Assembly: GCF_009914755.1 (NCBI RefSeq)
Contig: NC_060925.1
Source of the DNA: the human T2T-CHM13v2.0 reference genome, Homo sapiens
Direction: 5' to 3' (one strand)
Length of the DNA stretch: 64,000 bases
The notes under the pieces were generated by a model. It saw only the letters and a list, made by a program, of their open reading frames with translations, ran no database searches and was not told the origin of the DNA. Of this stretch, positions 25,901 through 39,722 are shown one piece after another (position 1 is the stretch's first letter; each line of letters begins with the position of its first letter). A program made the translations under genes and the position numbers.

Positions 25901-28900
25901 ATTCTTCTGTCTAGCAGAATATGAAGAAATCCCGTTTCCAACGAAGGCCTCTAGGAGGTCTGAATATCCACATGCAGACTTTACAAACAGAGTGTTTCCT
26001 AACTGCTCTATGAACAGAAAGGTTAAACTCTGTGAGTTGAACGAACACATCACAACGCAGTTTGTGGGAATGATTCTGTCTAGTTTTGAAACGAAGATAT
26101 TTCCTTTTCTGCCGTTGACCTTAAAGCGCTTGAAATCTACACTTGCAAATTGCACAAATAGAGTGTTTCAAATCTGCTCTGTCTAAGGGAACGTTCAACT
26201 CTGTGAGTTGAATGCACACAACACAAGGAAGTTACTGGGAATTCTTCTGTCTAGCCTTACATGAAAAAAACCCGTTTCCAACGAAGGCCTCAAAGAGGTC
26301 TGAATATCCACTTGCAGACTTTACAAACAGAGTGTTTCCTAACGGCTCTATGAAAAGAAAAGTTAAACTCTGTGAGATGAACGCACACATCACAAAGGAG
26401 TTTCTGAGAATCGTTGTGTCTAGTTTCTATAGGAAGATATTTCCTATTCTACCGTTGACCTCAAAGCGGCTGAAATCTCCAGTTGCAAATTCCACAAAAA
26501 GAATGTTTCAAGTCTGCTCTGTGTAAAGGGTCGTTCAACTCTGTGAGTTGAATACACACAACACAAGGAAGTTACTGAGAATTCTTCTGTCTAGCATAAT
26601 ATGAAGAAATCCCGTTTCCAACGAAGGCCTCAAAGAGGTCTGAATATCCACTTGCAGACTTTATAAACAGAGTATTTACTAACTGCTCTATGAAAAGAAA
26701 GGTTAAACTCTGTGAGTTGAACACACACATCACAAAGGAGTTTCTGAGAATCATTCTGTCTAGTTTTTCTACGAAGATATTTCCTTTTCTACTATTGACC
26801 TCAAAGCGGCTGAAATCTCCACTTGCAAATTCCACAAAAAGAGTGTTTCAAGTCTGCTCTGTGTAAAGGATCATTCAACTCTGTGAGTTGAATACCCACA
26901 ACACAAGGAAGTTACTGAGAATTCTTCTGTCTAGCAGAATAGGAAGAAATCCCGTTTCCAACGAAGGCCTCAAAGAGGTCTGAATATCCACTTGCAGACT
27001 TTACAAACAGAGTGTTTCCTAACGGCTCTATGAAAAGAAAAGTTAAACTCTGTGAGTTGAACGCACACATCACAAAGGAGTTTCTGAGAATCGTTCTGTC
27101 TAATTTCTATAGGAAGATATTTCCTATTCTACCATTGACCTCAAAGCGGCTGAAATCTCCACTTGCAAATTCCACAAAAAGAATGTTTCAAGTCTGCTCT
27201 GTGTAAAGGATCGTTCAACTCTGTGAGTTGAATACACACAACACAAGGAAGTTACTGAGAATTCTTCTGTCTAGCATAATATGAAGAAATCCCGTTTCCA
27301 ACGAAGGCCTCAAAGAGGTCTGAATATCCACTTGCAGACTTTACAAACAGAGTGTTTCCTAACTGCTCTATGAAAAGAAAAGTTAAACTTTGAGAGTTGA
27401 ACGCACACATCACAAAGGAGTTTATGAGAATCATTCTGTCTAGTCTTTATATGAAGATAGTTTCCTTTTCTACCATTGACCTCAAAGCGGCTGAAATCTC
27501 CACTTGCAAATTCCACAAAAAGAGTGTTTCAAGTCTGCTCTGTGTAAAGGATCGTTCAACTCTGTGAGTTGAATACACACAACACAAGGAAGTTACTGAG
27601 AATTCTTCTGTCTAGCAGAATATGAAGAAATCCCGTTTCCAACGAAGGCCTCAAGGAGGTCTGAATATCCACTTGCAGACTTTACAAACAGAGTGTTTCC
27701 TAACTGCTCTATGAACAGAAAGGTTAAACTCTGTGAGTTGAACGAACACATCACAACGCAGTTTGTGGGAATGATTCTGTCTAGTTTTGAAACGAAGATA
27801 TTTCCTTTTCTGCCATTGACCTTAAAGCGCTTGAAATCTACACTTGCAAATTGCACAAATAGAGTGTTTCAAATCTCCTCTGTCTAAGGGAACGTTCAAC
27901 TCTGTGAGTTGAATGCACACAACACAAGGAAGTTACTGGGAATTCTTCTGTCTAGCCTTACATGAAAAAAACCCGTTTCCAACGAAGGCCTCTAAGTGGT
28001 CAAAATATCCACGTGCAGACTTTACAAACAGAGTGTTTCCAAACCGCTGAATGAAAAGAAAAGTTAAACTCTGAGAGTTGAACGCACACATCACGCAGCA
28101 GTTTCTGAGAATGATTCTGTCTAGTTTTTATACGAAGATATTTCCTTTTCTGCCTTTGGCCCCAAAGCGCTTGAAATCTCCAATTGCAAATTCCACAAAA
28201 ACAGTGTTTCAAATCTGCTCTCTCTAAATGAAAGTTCAACTCTGTCAGTTGAATACACACAACACAAGGAAGTTACTGAGAATTCTTCTGTCTAGCATAA
28301 TATGAAGAAATCCCGTTTCCAACGAAGGCCTCAAAGGGGTCTGAATATCCACTTGCAGACTTTATAAACAGAGTGTTTACTAACTGCTCTAGGAAAAGAA
28401 AGGTTAAACTCTGTGAGTTGAACACACACATCACAAAGGAGTTTCTGAGAATCATTCTGTCTAGTTTTTCTACGAAGATATTTCCTTTTCTACTATTGAC
28501 CTCAAAGCGGCTGAAATCTCCACTTGCAAATTCCACAAAAAGAGTGTTTCAAGTCTGCTCTGTGTAAAGGATCGTTCAACTCTGTGACTTGAATCACACA
28601 ACACAAGGAAGTTACTGAGAATTCTTCTGTCTAGCAGAATATGAAGAAATCCCGTTTCCAACGAAGGCCTCAAAGAGGTCTGAATATCCACTTGCAGACT
28701 TTACAAACAGAGTGTTTCCTAACTGCTCTATGAAAAGAAAGGTTAAACTCTGTGAGTTGAACGCACACATCACAAAGGAGTTTCTGAGAATCGTTCTGTC
28801 TAGTTTCTATAGGAAGATATTTCCTATTCTACCATTGACCTCAAAGCGGCTGAAATCTCCACTTGCAAATTCCACAAAAAGAATGTTTCAAGTCTGCTCT

Positions 28901-31900
28901 GTGTAAAGGATCGTTCAACTCTGTGAGTTGAATACACACAACACAAGGAAGTTACTGAGAATTCTTCTGTCTAGCAGAATATGAAGAAATCCCGTTTCCA
29001 ACGAAGGCCACAAGATGTCAGAATATCCACTTACAGACTTTACAAACAGAGTGTTTCCTAACTGCTCTATGAACAGAAAGGTTAAACTCTGTGAGTTGAA
29101 CGAACACATCACAACGCAGTTTGTGGGAATGATTCTGTCTAGTTTTGAAACGAAGATATTTCCTTTTCTGCCGTTGACCTTAAAGAGCTTGAAAACTACA
29201 CTTGCAAATTGCACAAATAGAGTGTTTCAAATCTGCTCTGTCTAAGGGAACGTTCAACTCTGTGAGTTGAATGCACACAACACAAGGAAGTTACTGGGAA
29301 TTCTTCTGTCTAGCCTTACATGAAAAAAACCCGTTTCCAACGAAGGCCTCTAAGTGGTCAAAATTTCCACGTGCAGACTTTACAAACAGAGTGTTTCCAA
29401 ACCGCTGAATGAAAAGAAAAGTTAAACTCTGAGAGTTGAACGCACACATCACGCAGCAGTTTCTGAGAATGATTCTGTCTAGTTTTTATACGAAGATATT
29501 TCCTTTTCTGCCTTTGGCCCCAAAGCGCTTGAAATCTCCACTTGCAAATTCCACAAAAACAGTGTTTCAAATCTGCTCTCTCTAAATGAAAGTTCAACTC
29601 TGTCAGTTGAATACACACAACACAAGGAAGTTACTGAGAATTCTTCTGTCTAGCATAATATGAAGAAATCCCGGTTCCAACGAAGCCCTCAAAGGGGTCT
29701 GAATATCCACATGCAGACTTTATAAACAGAGTGTTTACTAACTGCTCTATGAAAAGAAAGGTTAAACTCTGTGAGTTGAACACACACATCACAAAGGAGT
29801 TTCTGAGAATCATTCTGTCTAGTTTTTCTACGAAGATATTTCCTTTTCTACTATTGACCTCAAAGCGGCTGAAATCTCCACTTGCAAATTCTACAAATAG
29901 AGTGATTCAAGTCTGCTCTGTGTAAAGGATCGTTCAACTCTGTGAGTTGAATACACACAACACAAGGAAGTTACTGAGAATTCTTCTGTCTAGCAGAATA
30001 TGAAGAAATTCCGTTTCCAACGAAGGCCTCAAAGAGGTCTGAATATCCACTTGCAGACTTTACAAACAGAGTGTTTCCTAACTGCTCTATGAAAAGAAAG
30101 GTTAAACTCTGTGAGTTGAACGCACACATCACAAAGGAGATTCTGAGAATCGTTCTGTCTAGTTTCTATAGGAAGATATTTCCTATTCTACCATTGACCT
30201 CAAAGCGGCTGAAATCTCCACTTGCAAATTCCACAAAAAGAATGTTTCAAGTCTGCTCTGTGTAAAGGATCGTTCAACTCTGTGAGTTGAATACACACAA
30301 CACAAGGAAGTTACTGAGAATTCTTCTGTCTAGCATAATATGAAGAAATACCGTTTCCACCGAAGGCCTCAAAGAGGTCTGAATATCCACTTGCAGACTT
30401 TACAAACAGAGTGTTTCCTAACTGCTCTATGAAAAGAAAGGTTAAACTCTGTGAGTTGAACGCACACATCACAAAGGAGTTTCTGAGAATCATTCTGTCT
30501 AGTTTCTATAGGAAGATATTTCCTATTCTACCATTGACCTCAAAGCGGCTGAAATCTCCACTTGCAAATTCCACAAAAAGAGTGTTTCAAGTCTGCTCTG
30601 TGTAAAGGATCGTTCAACTCTGTGAGTTGAATACACACAACACAAGGAAGTTACTGAGAATTCTTCTGTCTAGCAGAATATGAAGAAATACCGTTTCCAC
30701 CGAAGGCCTCAAGGAGGTCTGAATATCCACTTGCAGACTTTACAAACAGAGTGTTTCCTAACTGCTCTATGAACAGAAAGGTTAAACTCTGTGAGTTGAA
30801 CGCACACATCACAAAGGAGTTTCTGAGAATCATTCTGTCTAGTCTTTATACGAAGATATTTCCTTTTCTACCATTGACCTCAAAGCGGCTGAAATCTCCA
30901 CTTGCAAATTCCACAACAAGAGTGTTTCAAGTCTGCTCTGTGTAAAGGATCGTACAACTCTGTGAGTTGAATACACACAACACAAGGAAGTTACTGAGAA
31001 TTCTTCTGACTAGCAGAATATGAAGAAATCCCGTTTCCAACGAAGGTCTCAAGGAGGTCTGAATATCCACTTGCAGACTTTACAAACAGAGTGTTTCCTA
31101 ACTGCTCTATGAACAGAAAGGTTAAACTCTGTGAGTTGAACGCACACATCACAAAAGAGTTTCTGAGAATCATTCTGTCTAGTCTTTATACGAAGATATT
31201 TCCTTTTGTACCATTGACATCAAAGCGGCTGAAATCTCCACTTGCAACTTCCACAAAAAGAGTGTTTCAAGTCTGCTCTGTGTAAAGGATCGTTCAACTC
31301 TGTGAGTTGAATACACACAACACGAGGAAGTTACTGAGAATTCTTCTGTCTAGCAGAATATGAAGAAATCCCGTTTCCAAAGAAGGCCACAAGATGTCAG
31401 AATATCCACTTACAAATTTTACAGAGTGTTTCCTAACTGCTCTATGAACAGAAAGGTTAAACTCTGTGAGTTGAACGAACACATCACAACGCAGTTTGTG
31501 GGAATGATTCTGTCTAGTTTTGAAACGAAGATATTTCCTTTTCTGCCATTGACCTTAAAGCGCTTGAAATCTACACTTGCAAATTGCACAAATAGAGTGT
31601 TTCAAATCTGCTCTGTCTAAGGGAACGTTCAACTCTGTGAGTTGAATGCACACAACACAAGGAAGTTACTGGGAATTCTTCTGTCTAGCCTTACATGAAA
31701 AAAAACCCGTTTCCAACGAAGGCCTCTAAGTGGTCAAAATATCCACGTGCAGTCTTTACAAACAGAGTGTTTCCAAACCGCTGAATGAAAAGAAAAGTTA
31801 AACTCTGAGAGTTGAACGCACACATCACGCAGCAGTTTCTGAGAATGATTCTGTCTAGTTTTTATACGAAGATATTTCCTTTTCTGCCTTTGGCCCCAAA

Positions 31901-32320
31901 GCGCTTGAAATCTCCACTTGCAAATTCCACAAAAACAGTGTTTCAAATCTGCTCTCTCTAAATGAAAGTTCAACTCTGTCAGTTGAATACACACAACACA
32001 AGGAAGTTACTGAGAATTCTTCTGTCTAGCATAATATGAAGAAATCCCGTTTCCAACGAAGGCCTCAAAGGGGTCTGAATATCCACTTACAGACTTTATA
32101 AACAGAGTGTTTACTAACTGCTCTAGGAAAAGAAAGGTTAAACTCTGTGAGTTGAACACACACATCACAAAGGAGTTTCTGAGAATCATTCTGTCTAGTT
32201 TTTCTACGAAGATATTTCCTTTTCTACTATTGACCTCAAAGCGGCTGAAATCTCCACTTGCAAATTCCACAAAAAGAGTGTTTCAAGTCTGCTCTGTGTA
32301 AAGGATCGTTCAACTCTGTG
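14000..32320. repeat. Older dispersed block duplication: ~14.0-20.4 kb repeated at ~25.3-32.3 kb
   Basis: Offset is 11218 for ORFs 14093/25311, 14433/25651 and 14994/26212, then 11897-11898 for 15695/27593, 17018/28915 and 19463/31360. Confidence 0.85.
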
Positions 32321-35300
32321 ACTTGAATACACACAACACAAGGAAGTTACTGAGAATTCTTCTGTCTAGCAGAATATGAAGAAATCCCGTTTCCAACGAA
32401 GGCCTCAAAGAGGTCTGAATATCCACTTGCAGACTTTACAAACAGAGTGTTTCCTAACTGCTCTATGAAAAGAAAGGTTAAACTCTGTGAGTTGAACGCA
32501 CACATCACAAAGGAGTTTCTGAGAATCGTTCTGTCTAGTTTCTATAGGAAGATATTTCCTATTCTACCATTGACCTCAAAGCGGCTGAAATCTCCACTTG
32601 CAAATTCCACAAAAAGAATGTTTCAAGTCTGCTCTGTGTAAAGGATCGTTCAACTCTGTGAGTTGAATACACACAACACAAGGAAGTTACTGAGAATTCT
32701 TCTGTCTAGCAGAATATGAAGAAATCCCGTTTCCAACGAAGGCCACAAGATGTCAGAATATCCACTTACAGACTTTACAAACAGAGTGTTTCCTAACTGC
32801 TCTATGAACAGAAAGGTTAAACTCTGTGAGTTGAACGAACACATCACAACGCAGTTTGTGGGAATGATTCTGTCTAGTTTTGAAACGAAGATATTTCCTT
32901 TTCTGCCGTTGACCTTAAAGAGCTTGAAAACTACACTTGCAAATTGCACAAATAGAGTGTTTCAAATCTGCTCTGTCTAAGGGAACGTTCAACTCTGTGA
33001 GTTGAATGCACACAACACAAGGAAGTTACTGGGAATTCTTCTGTCTAGCCTTACATGAAAAAAACCCGTTTCCAACGAAGGCCTCTAAGTGGTCAAAATT
33101 TCCACGTGCAGACTTTACAAACAGAGTGTTTCCAAACCGCTGAATGAAAAGAAAAGTTAAACTCTGAGAGTTGAACGCACACATCACGCAGCAGTTTCTG
33201 AGAATGATTCTGTCTAGTTTTTATACGAAGATATTTCCTTTTCTGCCTTTGGCCCCAAAGCGCTTGAAATCTCCACTTGCAAATTCCACAAAAACAGTGT
33301 TTCAAATCTGCTCTCTCTAAATGAAAGTTCAACTCTGTCAGTTGAATACACACAACACAAGGAAGTTACTGAGAATTCTTCTGTCTAGCATAATATGAAG
33401 AAATCCCGTTTCCAACGAAGCCCTCAAAGGGGTCTGAATATCCACATGCAGACTTTATAAACAGAGTGTTTACTAACTGCTCTATGAAAAGAAAGGTTAA
33501 ACTCTGTGAGTTGAACACACACATCACAAAGGAGTTTCTGAGAATCATTCTGTCTAGTTTTTCTACGAAGATATTTCCTTTTCTACTATTGACCTCAAAG
33601 CGGCTGAAATCTCCACTTGCAAATTCTACAAATAGAGTGATTCAAGTCTGCTCTGTGTAAAGGATCGTTCAACTCTGTGAGTTGAATACACACAACACAA
33701 GGAAGTTACTGAGAATTCTTCTGTCTAGCAGAATATGAAGAAATTCCGTTTCCAACGAAGGCCTCAAAGAGGTCTGAATATCCACTTGCAGACTTTACAA
33801 ACAGAGTGTTTCCTAACTGCTCTATGAAAAGAAAGGTTAAACTCTGTGAGTTGAACGCACACATCACAAAGGAGATTCTGAGAATCGTTCTGTCTAGTTT
33901 CTATAGGAAGATATTTCCTATTCTACCATTGACCTCAAAGCGGCTGAAATCTCCACTTGCAAATTCCACAAAAAGAATGTTTCAAGTCTGCTCTGTGTAA
34001 AGGATCGTTCAACTCTGTGAGTTGAATACACACAACACAAGGAAGTTACTGAGAATTCTTCTGTCTAGCATAATATGAAGAAATACCGTTTCCACCGAAG
34101 GCCTCAAAGAGGTCTGAATATCCACTTGCAGACTTTACAAACAGAGTGTTTCCTAACTGCTCTATGAAAAGAAAGGTTAAACTCTGTGAGTTGAACGCAC
34201 ACATCACAAAGGAGTTTCTGAGAATCATTCTGTCTAGTTTCTATAGGAAGATATTTCCTATTCTACCATTGACCTCAAAGCGGCTGAAATCTCCACTTGC
34301 AAATTCCACAAAAAGAGTGTTTCAAGTCTGCTCTGTGTAAAGGATCGTTCAACTCTGTGAGTTGAATACACACAACACAAGGAAGTTACTGAGAATTCTT
34401 CTGTCTAGCAGAATATGAAGAAATACCGTTTCCACCGAAGGCCTCAAGGAGGTCTGAATATCCACTTGCAGACTTTACAAACAGAGTGTTTCCTAACTGC
34501 TCTATGAACAGAAAGGTTAAACTCTGTGAGTTGAACGCACACATCACAAAGGAGTTTCTGAGAATCATTCTGTCTAGTCTTTATACGAAGATATTTCCTT
34601 TTCTACCATTGACCTCAAAGCGGCTGAAATCTCCACTTGCAAATTCCACAACAAGAGTGTTTCAAGTCTGCTCTGTGTAAAGGATCGTACAACTCTGTGA
34701 GTTGAATACACACAACACAAGGAAGTTACTGAGAATTCTTCTGACTAGCAGAATATGAAGAAATCCCGTTTCCAACGAAGGTCTCAAGGAGGTCTGAATA
34801 TCCACTTGCAGACTTTACAAACAGAGTGTTTCCTAACTGCTCTATGAACAGAAAGGTTAAACTCTGTGAGTTGAACGCACACATCACAAAAGAGTTTCTG
34901 AGAATCATTCTGTCTAGTCTTTATACGAAGATATTTCCTTTTGTACCATTGACATCAAAGCGGCTGAAATCTCCACTTGCAACTTCCACAAAAAGAGTGT
35001 TTCAAGTCTGCTCTGTGTAAAGGATCGTTCAACTCTGTGAGTTGAATACACACAACACGAGGAAGTTACTGAGAATTCTTCTGTCTAGCAGAATATGAAG
35101 AAATCCCGTTTCCAAAGAAGGCCACAAGATGTCAGAATATCCACTTACAAATTTTACAGAGTGTTTCCTAACTGCTCTATGAACAGAAAGGTTAAACTCT
35201 GTGAGTTGAACGAACACATCACAACGCAGTTTGTGGGAATGATTCTGTCTAGTTTTGAAACGAAGATATTTCCTTTTCTGCCATTGACCTTAAAGCGCTT

Positions 35301-36056
35301 GAAATCTACACTTGCAAATTGCACAAATAGAGTGTTTCAAATCTGCTCTGTCTAAGGGAACGTTCAACTCTGTGAGTTGAATGCACACAACACAAGGAAG
35401 TTACTGGGAATTCTTCTGTCTAGCCTTACATGAAAAAAAACCCGTTTCCAACGAAGGCCTCTAAGTGGTCAAAATATCCACGTGCAGTCTTTACAAACAG
35501 AGTGTTTCCAAACCGCTGAATGAAAAGAAAAGTTAAACTCTGAGAGTTGAACGCACACATCACGCAGCAGTTTCTGAGAATGATTCTGTCTAGTTTTTAT
35601 ACGAAGATATTTCCTTTTCTGCCTTTGGCCCCAAAGCGCTTGAAATCTCCACTTGCAAATTCCACAAAAACAGTGTTTCAAATCTGCTCTCTCTAAATGA
35701 AAGTTCAACTCTGTCAGTTGAATACACACAACACAAGGAAGTTACTGAGAATTCTTCTGTCTAGCATAATATGAAGAAATCCCGTTTCCAACGAAGGCCT
35801 CAAAGGGGTCTGAATATCCACTTACAGACTTTATAAACAGAGTGTTTACTAACTGCTCTAGGAAAAGAAAGGTTAAACTCTGTGAGTTGAACACACACAT
35901 CACAAAGGAGTTTCTGAGAATCATTCTGTCTAGTTTTTCTACGAAGATATTTCCTTTTCTACTATTGACCTCAAAGCGGCTGAAATCTCCACTTGCAAAT
36001 TCCACAAAAAGAGTGTTTCAAGTCTGCTCTGTGTAAAGGATCGTTCAACTCTGTGA
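28355..36056. repeat. Tandem duplication of a 3,735-bp (11-dimer) block
   Basis: Constant offset of 3735 (ORFs 28915/32650, 29358/33093, 30071/33806, 31360/35095, 32007/35742) with shared private SNPs. Confidence 0.92.
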
Positions 36057-36649
36057 GTTGAATACACACAACACAAGGAAGTTACTGAGAATTCTTCTGT
36101 CTAGCAGAATATGAAGAAATCCCGTTTCCAACGAAGGCCTCAAAGAGGTCTGAATATCCACTTGCAGACTTTACAAACAGAGTGTTTTCTAACTGCTCTA
36201 TGAACAGAAAGGTTAAACTCTGTGAGTTGAACGCACACATCACAAAGGAGTTTATGAGAATCATTCTGTCTAGTTTCTATAGGAAGATATTTCCTATTCT
36301 ACCATTGACCTCAAAGCGGCTGAAATCTCCACTTGCAAATTCCACAAAAAGAGTGTTTCAAGTCTGCTCTGTGTAAAGGATCGTTCAACTCTGTGAGTTG
36401 AATACACACAACACAAGGAAGTTACTGAGAATTATTCTGTCTAGCAGAATATGAAGAAATCCCGTTTCCAACGAAGGCCTCAAGGAGGTCTGAATATCCA
36501 CTTGCAGACTTTACAAACAGAGTGTTTCCTAACGGCTCTATGAAAAGAAAAGTTAAACTCTGTGAGATGAACGCACACATCACAAAGGAGTTTCTGAGAA
36601 TCATTCTCTCTAGTCTTTATACGAAGATATTTCCTTTTCTACCATTGAC

Positions 36650-39600
36650 CTCAAAGCGGCTGAAATCTCCACTTGCAAATTCCACAAAAAGAGTGTTTCA
36701 AGTCTGCTCTGTGTAAAGGATCGTTCAACTCTGTGAGTTGAATACACACAACACAAGGAAGTTACTGAGAATTCTTCTGTCTAGCAGAATAGGAAGAAAT
36801 CCCGTTTCCAACGAAGGCCTCAAAGAGGTCTGAATATCCACTTGCAGACTTTACAAACAGAGTGTTTCCTAACGGCTCTATGAAAAGAAAAGTTAAACTC
36901 TGTGAGTTGAACGCACACATCACAAAGGAGTTTCTGAGAATCGTTCTGTCTAGTTTCTATAGGAAGATATTTCCTATTCTACCATTGACCTCAAAGCGGC
37001 TGAAATCTCCACTTGCAAATTCCACAAAAAGAATGTTTCAAGTCTGCTCTGTGTAAAGGATCGTTCAACTCTGTGAGTTGAATACACACAACACAAGGAA
37101 GTTACTGAGAATTCTTCTGACTAGCAGAATATGAAGAAATCCCGTTTCCAACGAAGGCCTCAAAGAGGTCTGAATATCCACTTGCAGACTTTACAAACAG
37201 AGTGTTTCCTAACTGCTCTATGAAAAGAAAAGTTAAACTTTGTGAGTTGAACGCACACATCAGAAAGGAGTTTATGAGAATCATTCTGTCTAGTGTTTAT
37301 ATGAAGATAGTTTCCTTTTCTACCATTGACCTCAAAGCGGCTGAAATCTCCACTTGCAAATTCCACAAAAAGAGTGTTTCAAGTCTGCTCTGTGTAAAGG
37401 ATCGTTCAACTCTGTGAGTTGAGTACACACAACACAAGGAAGTTACTGAGAATTATTCTGTCTAGCAGAATATGAAGAAATCCCGTTTCCAACGAAGGCC
37501 TCAAGGAGGTCTGAATATCCACTTGCAGACTTTACAAACAGAGTGTTTCCTAACTGCTCTATGAACAGAAAGGTTAAACTCTGTGAGTTGAACGAACACA
37601 TCACAACGCAGTTTGTGGGAATGATTCTGTCTAGTTTTGAAACGAAGATATTTCCTTTTCTGCCATTGACCTTAAAGCGCTTGAAATCTACACTTGCAAA
37701 TTGCACAAATAGAGTGTTTCAAATCTGCTCTAAGGGAACGTTCAACTCTGTGAGTTGAATGCACACAACACAAGGAAGTTACTGGGAATTCTTCTGTCTA
37801 GCCTTACATGAAAAAAACCCGTTTGCAACGAAGGCCTCTAAGTGGTCAAAATATCCACGTGCAGACTTTACAAACAGAGTGTTTCCAAACCGCTGAATGA
37901 AAAGAAAAGTTAAACTCTGAGAGTTGAACGCACACATCACGCAGCAGTTTCTGAGAATGATTCTGTCTAGTTTTTATACGAAGATATTTCCTTTTCTGCC
38001 TTTGGCCCCAAAGCGCTTGAAATCTCCAATTGCAAATTCCACAAAAACAGTGTTTCAAATCTGCTCTCTCTAAATGAAAGTTCAACTCTGTCAGTTGAAT
38101 ACACACAACACAAGGAAGTTACTGAGAATTCTTCTGTCTAGCATAATATGAAGAAATCCCGTTTCCAACGAAGGCCTCAAAGGGGACTGAATATCCACTT
38201 GCAGACTTTATAAACAGAGTGTTTACTAACTGCTCTATGAAAAGAAAGGTTAAACTCTGTGAGTTGAACACAAACATCACTAAGGACTTTCTGAGAATCA
38301 TTCTGTCTAGTTTTTCTACGAAGATATTTCCTTTTCTACTATTGACCTCAAAGCGGCTGAAATCTCCACTTGCAAATTCCACAAAAAGAGTGTTTCAAGT
38401 CTGCTCTGTGTAAAGGATCGTTCAACTCTGTGAGTTGAATACACACAACACAAGGAAGTTACTGAGAATTCTTCTGTCTAGCAGAATAGGAAGAAATCCC
38501 GTTTCCAACGAAGGCCTCAAAGAGGTCTGAATATCCACTTGCAGACTTTACAAACAGAGTGTTTCCTAACGGCTCTATGAAAAGAAAAGTTAAACTCTGT
38601 GAGTTGAACGCACACATCACAAAGGAGTTTCTGAGAATCGTTCTGTCTAGTTTCTATAGGAAGATATTTCCTATTCTACCATTGACCTCAAAGCGGCTGA
38701 AATCTCCACTTGCAAATTCCACAAAAAGAATGTTTCAAGTCTGCTCTGTGTAAAGGATCGTTCAACTCTGTGAGTTGAATACACACAACACAAGGAAGTT
38801 ACTGAGAATTCTTCTGACTAGCAGAATATGAAGAAATCCCGTTTCCAACGAAGGCCTCAAAGAGGTCTGAATATCCACTTGCAGACTTTACAAACAGAGT
38901 GTTTCCTAACTGCTCTATGAAAAGAAAAGTTAAACTTTGTGAGTTGAACGCACACATCAGAAAGGAGTTTATGAGAATCATTCTGTCTAGTGTTTATATG
39001 AAGATAGTTTCCTTTTCTACCATTGACCTCAAAGCGGCTGAAATCTCCACTTGCAAATTCCACAAAAAGAGTGTTTCAAGTCTGCTCTGTGTAAAGGATC
39101 GTTCAACTCTGTGAGTTGAATACACACAACACAAGGAAGTTACTGAGAATTCTTCTGTCTAGCAGAATATGAAGAAATCCCGTTTCCAACGAAGGCCTCA
39201 AGGAGGTCTGAATATCCACTTGCAGACTTTACAAACAGAGTGTTTCCTAACTGCTCTATGAACAGAAAGGTTAAACTCTGTGAGTTGAACGAACACATCA
39301 CAACGCAGTTTGTGGGAATGATTCTGTCTAGTTTTGAAACGAAGATATTTCCTTTTCTGCCATTGACCTTAAAGCGCTTGAAATCTACACTTGCAAATTG
39401 CACAAATAGAGTGTTTCAAATCTGCTCTAAGGGAACGTTCAACTCTGTGAGTTGAATGCACACAACACAAGGAAGTTACTGGGAATTCTTCTGTCTAGCC
39501 TTACATGAAAAAAACCCGTTTCCAACGAAGGCCTCTAAGTGGTCAAAATATCCACGTGCAGACTTTACAAACAGAGTGTTTCCAAACCGCTGAATGAAAA

Positions 39601-39722
39601 GAAAAGTTAAACTCTGAGAGTTGAACGCACACATCACGCAGCAGTTTCTGAGAATGATTCTGTCTAGTTTTTATACGAAGATATTTCCTTTTCTGCCTTT
39701 GGCCCCAAAGCGCTTGAAATCT
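36650..39722. repeat. Direct repeat at 1,697-bp (5-dimer) offset
   Basis: ORFs 36862/38559, 37202/38899 and 37543/39240. Both copies share CTGACTAG, CATCAGAAAG, CTAGTGTTTAT and the 4-bp deletion. Confidence 0.85.

Noticed and set aside
29669-29685. Box variants at 13691, 22529, 29669, 37817 and 53784 as disrupted CENP-B boxes
   Set aside because: The changes fall in non-core positions and CCCGnnTnnnnCGAA is retained, so I did not count them as broken.
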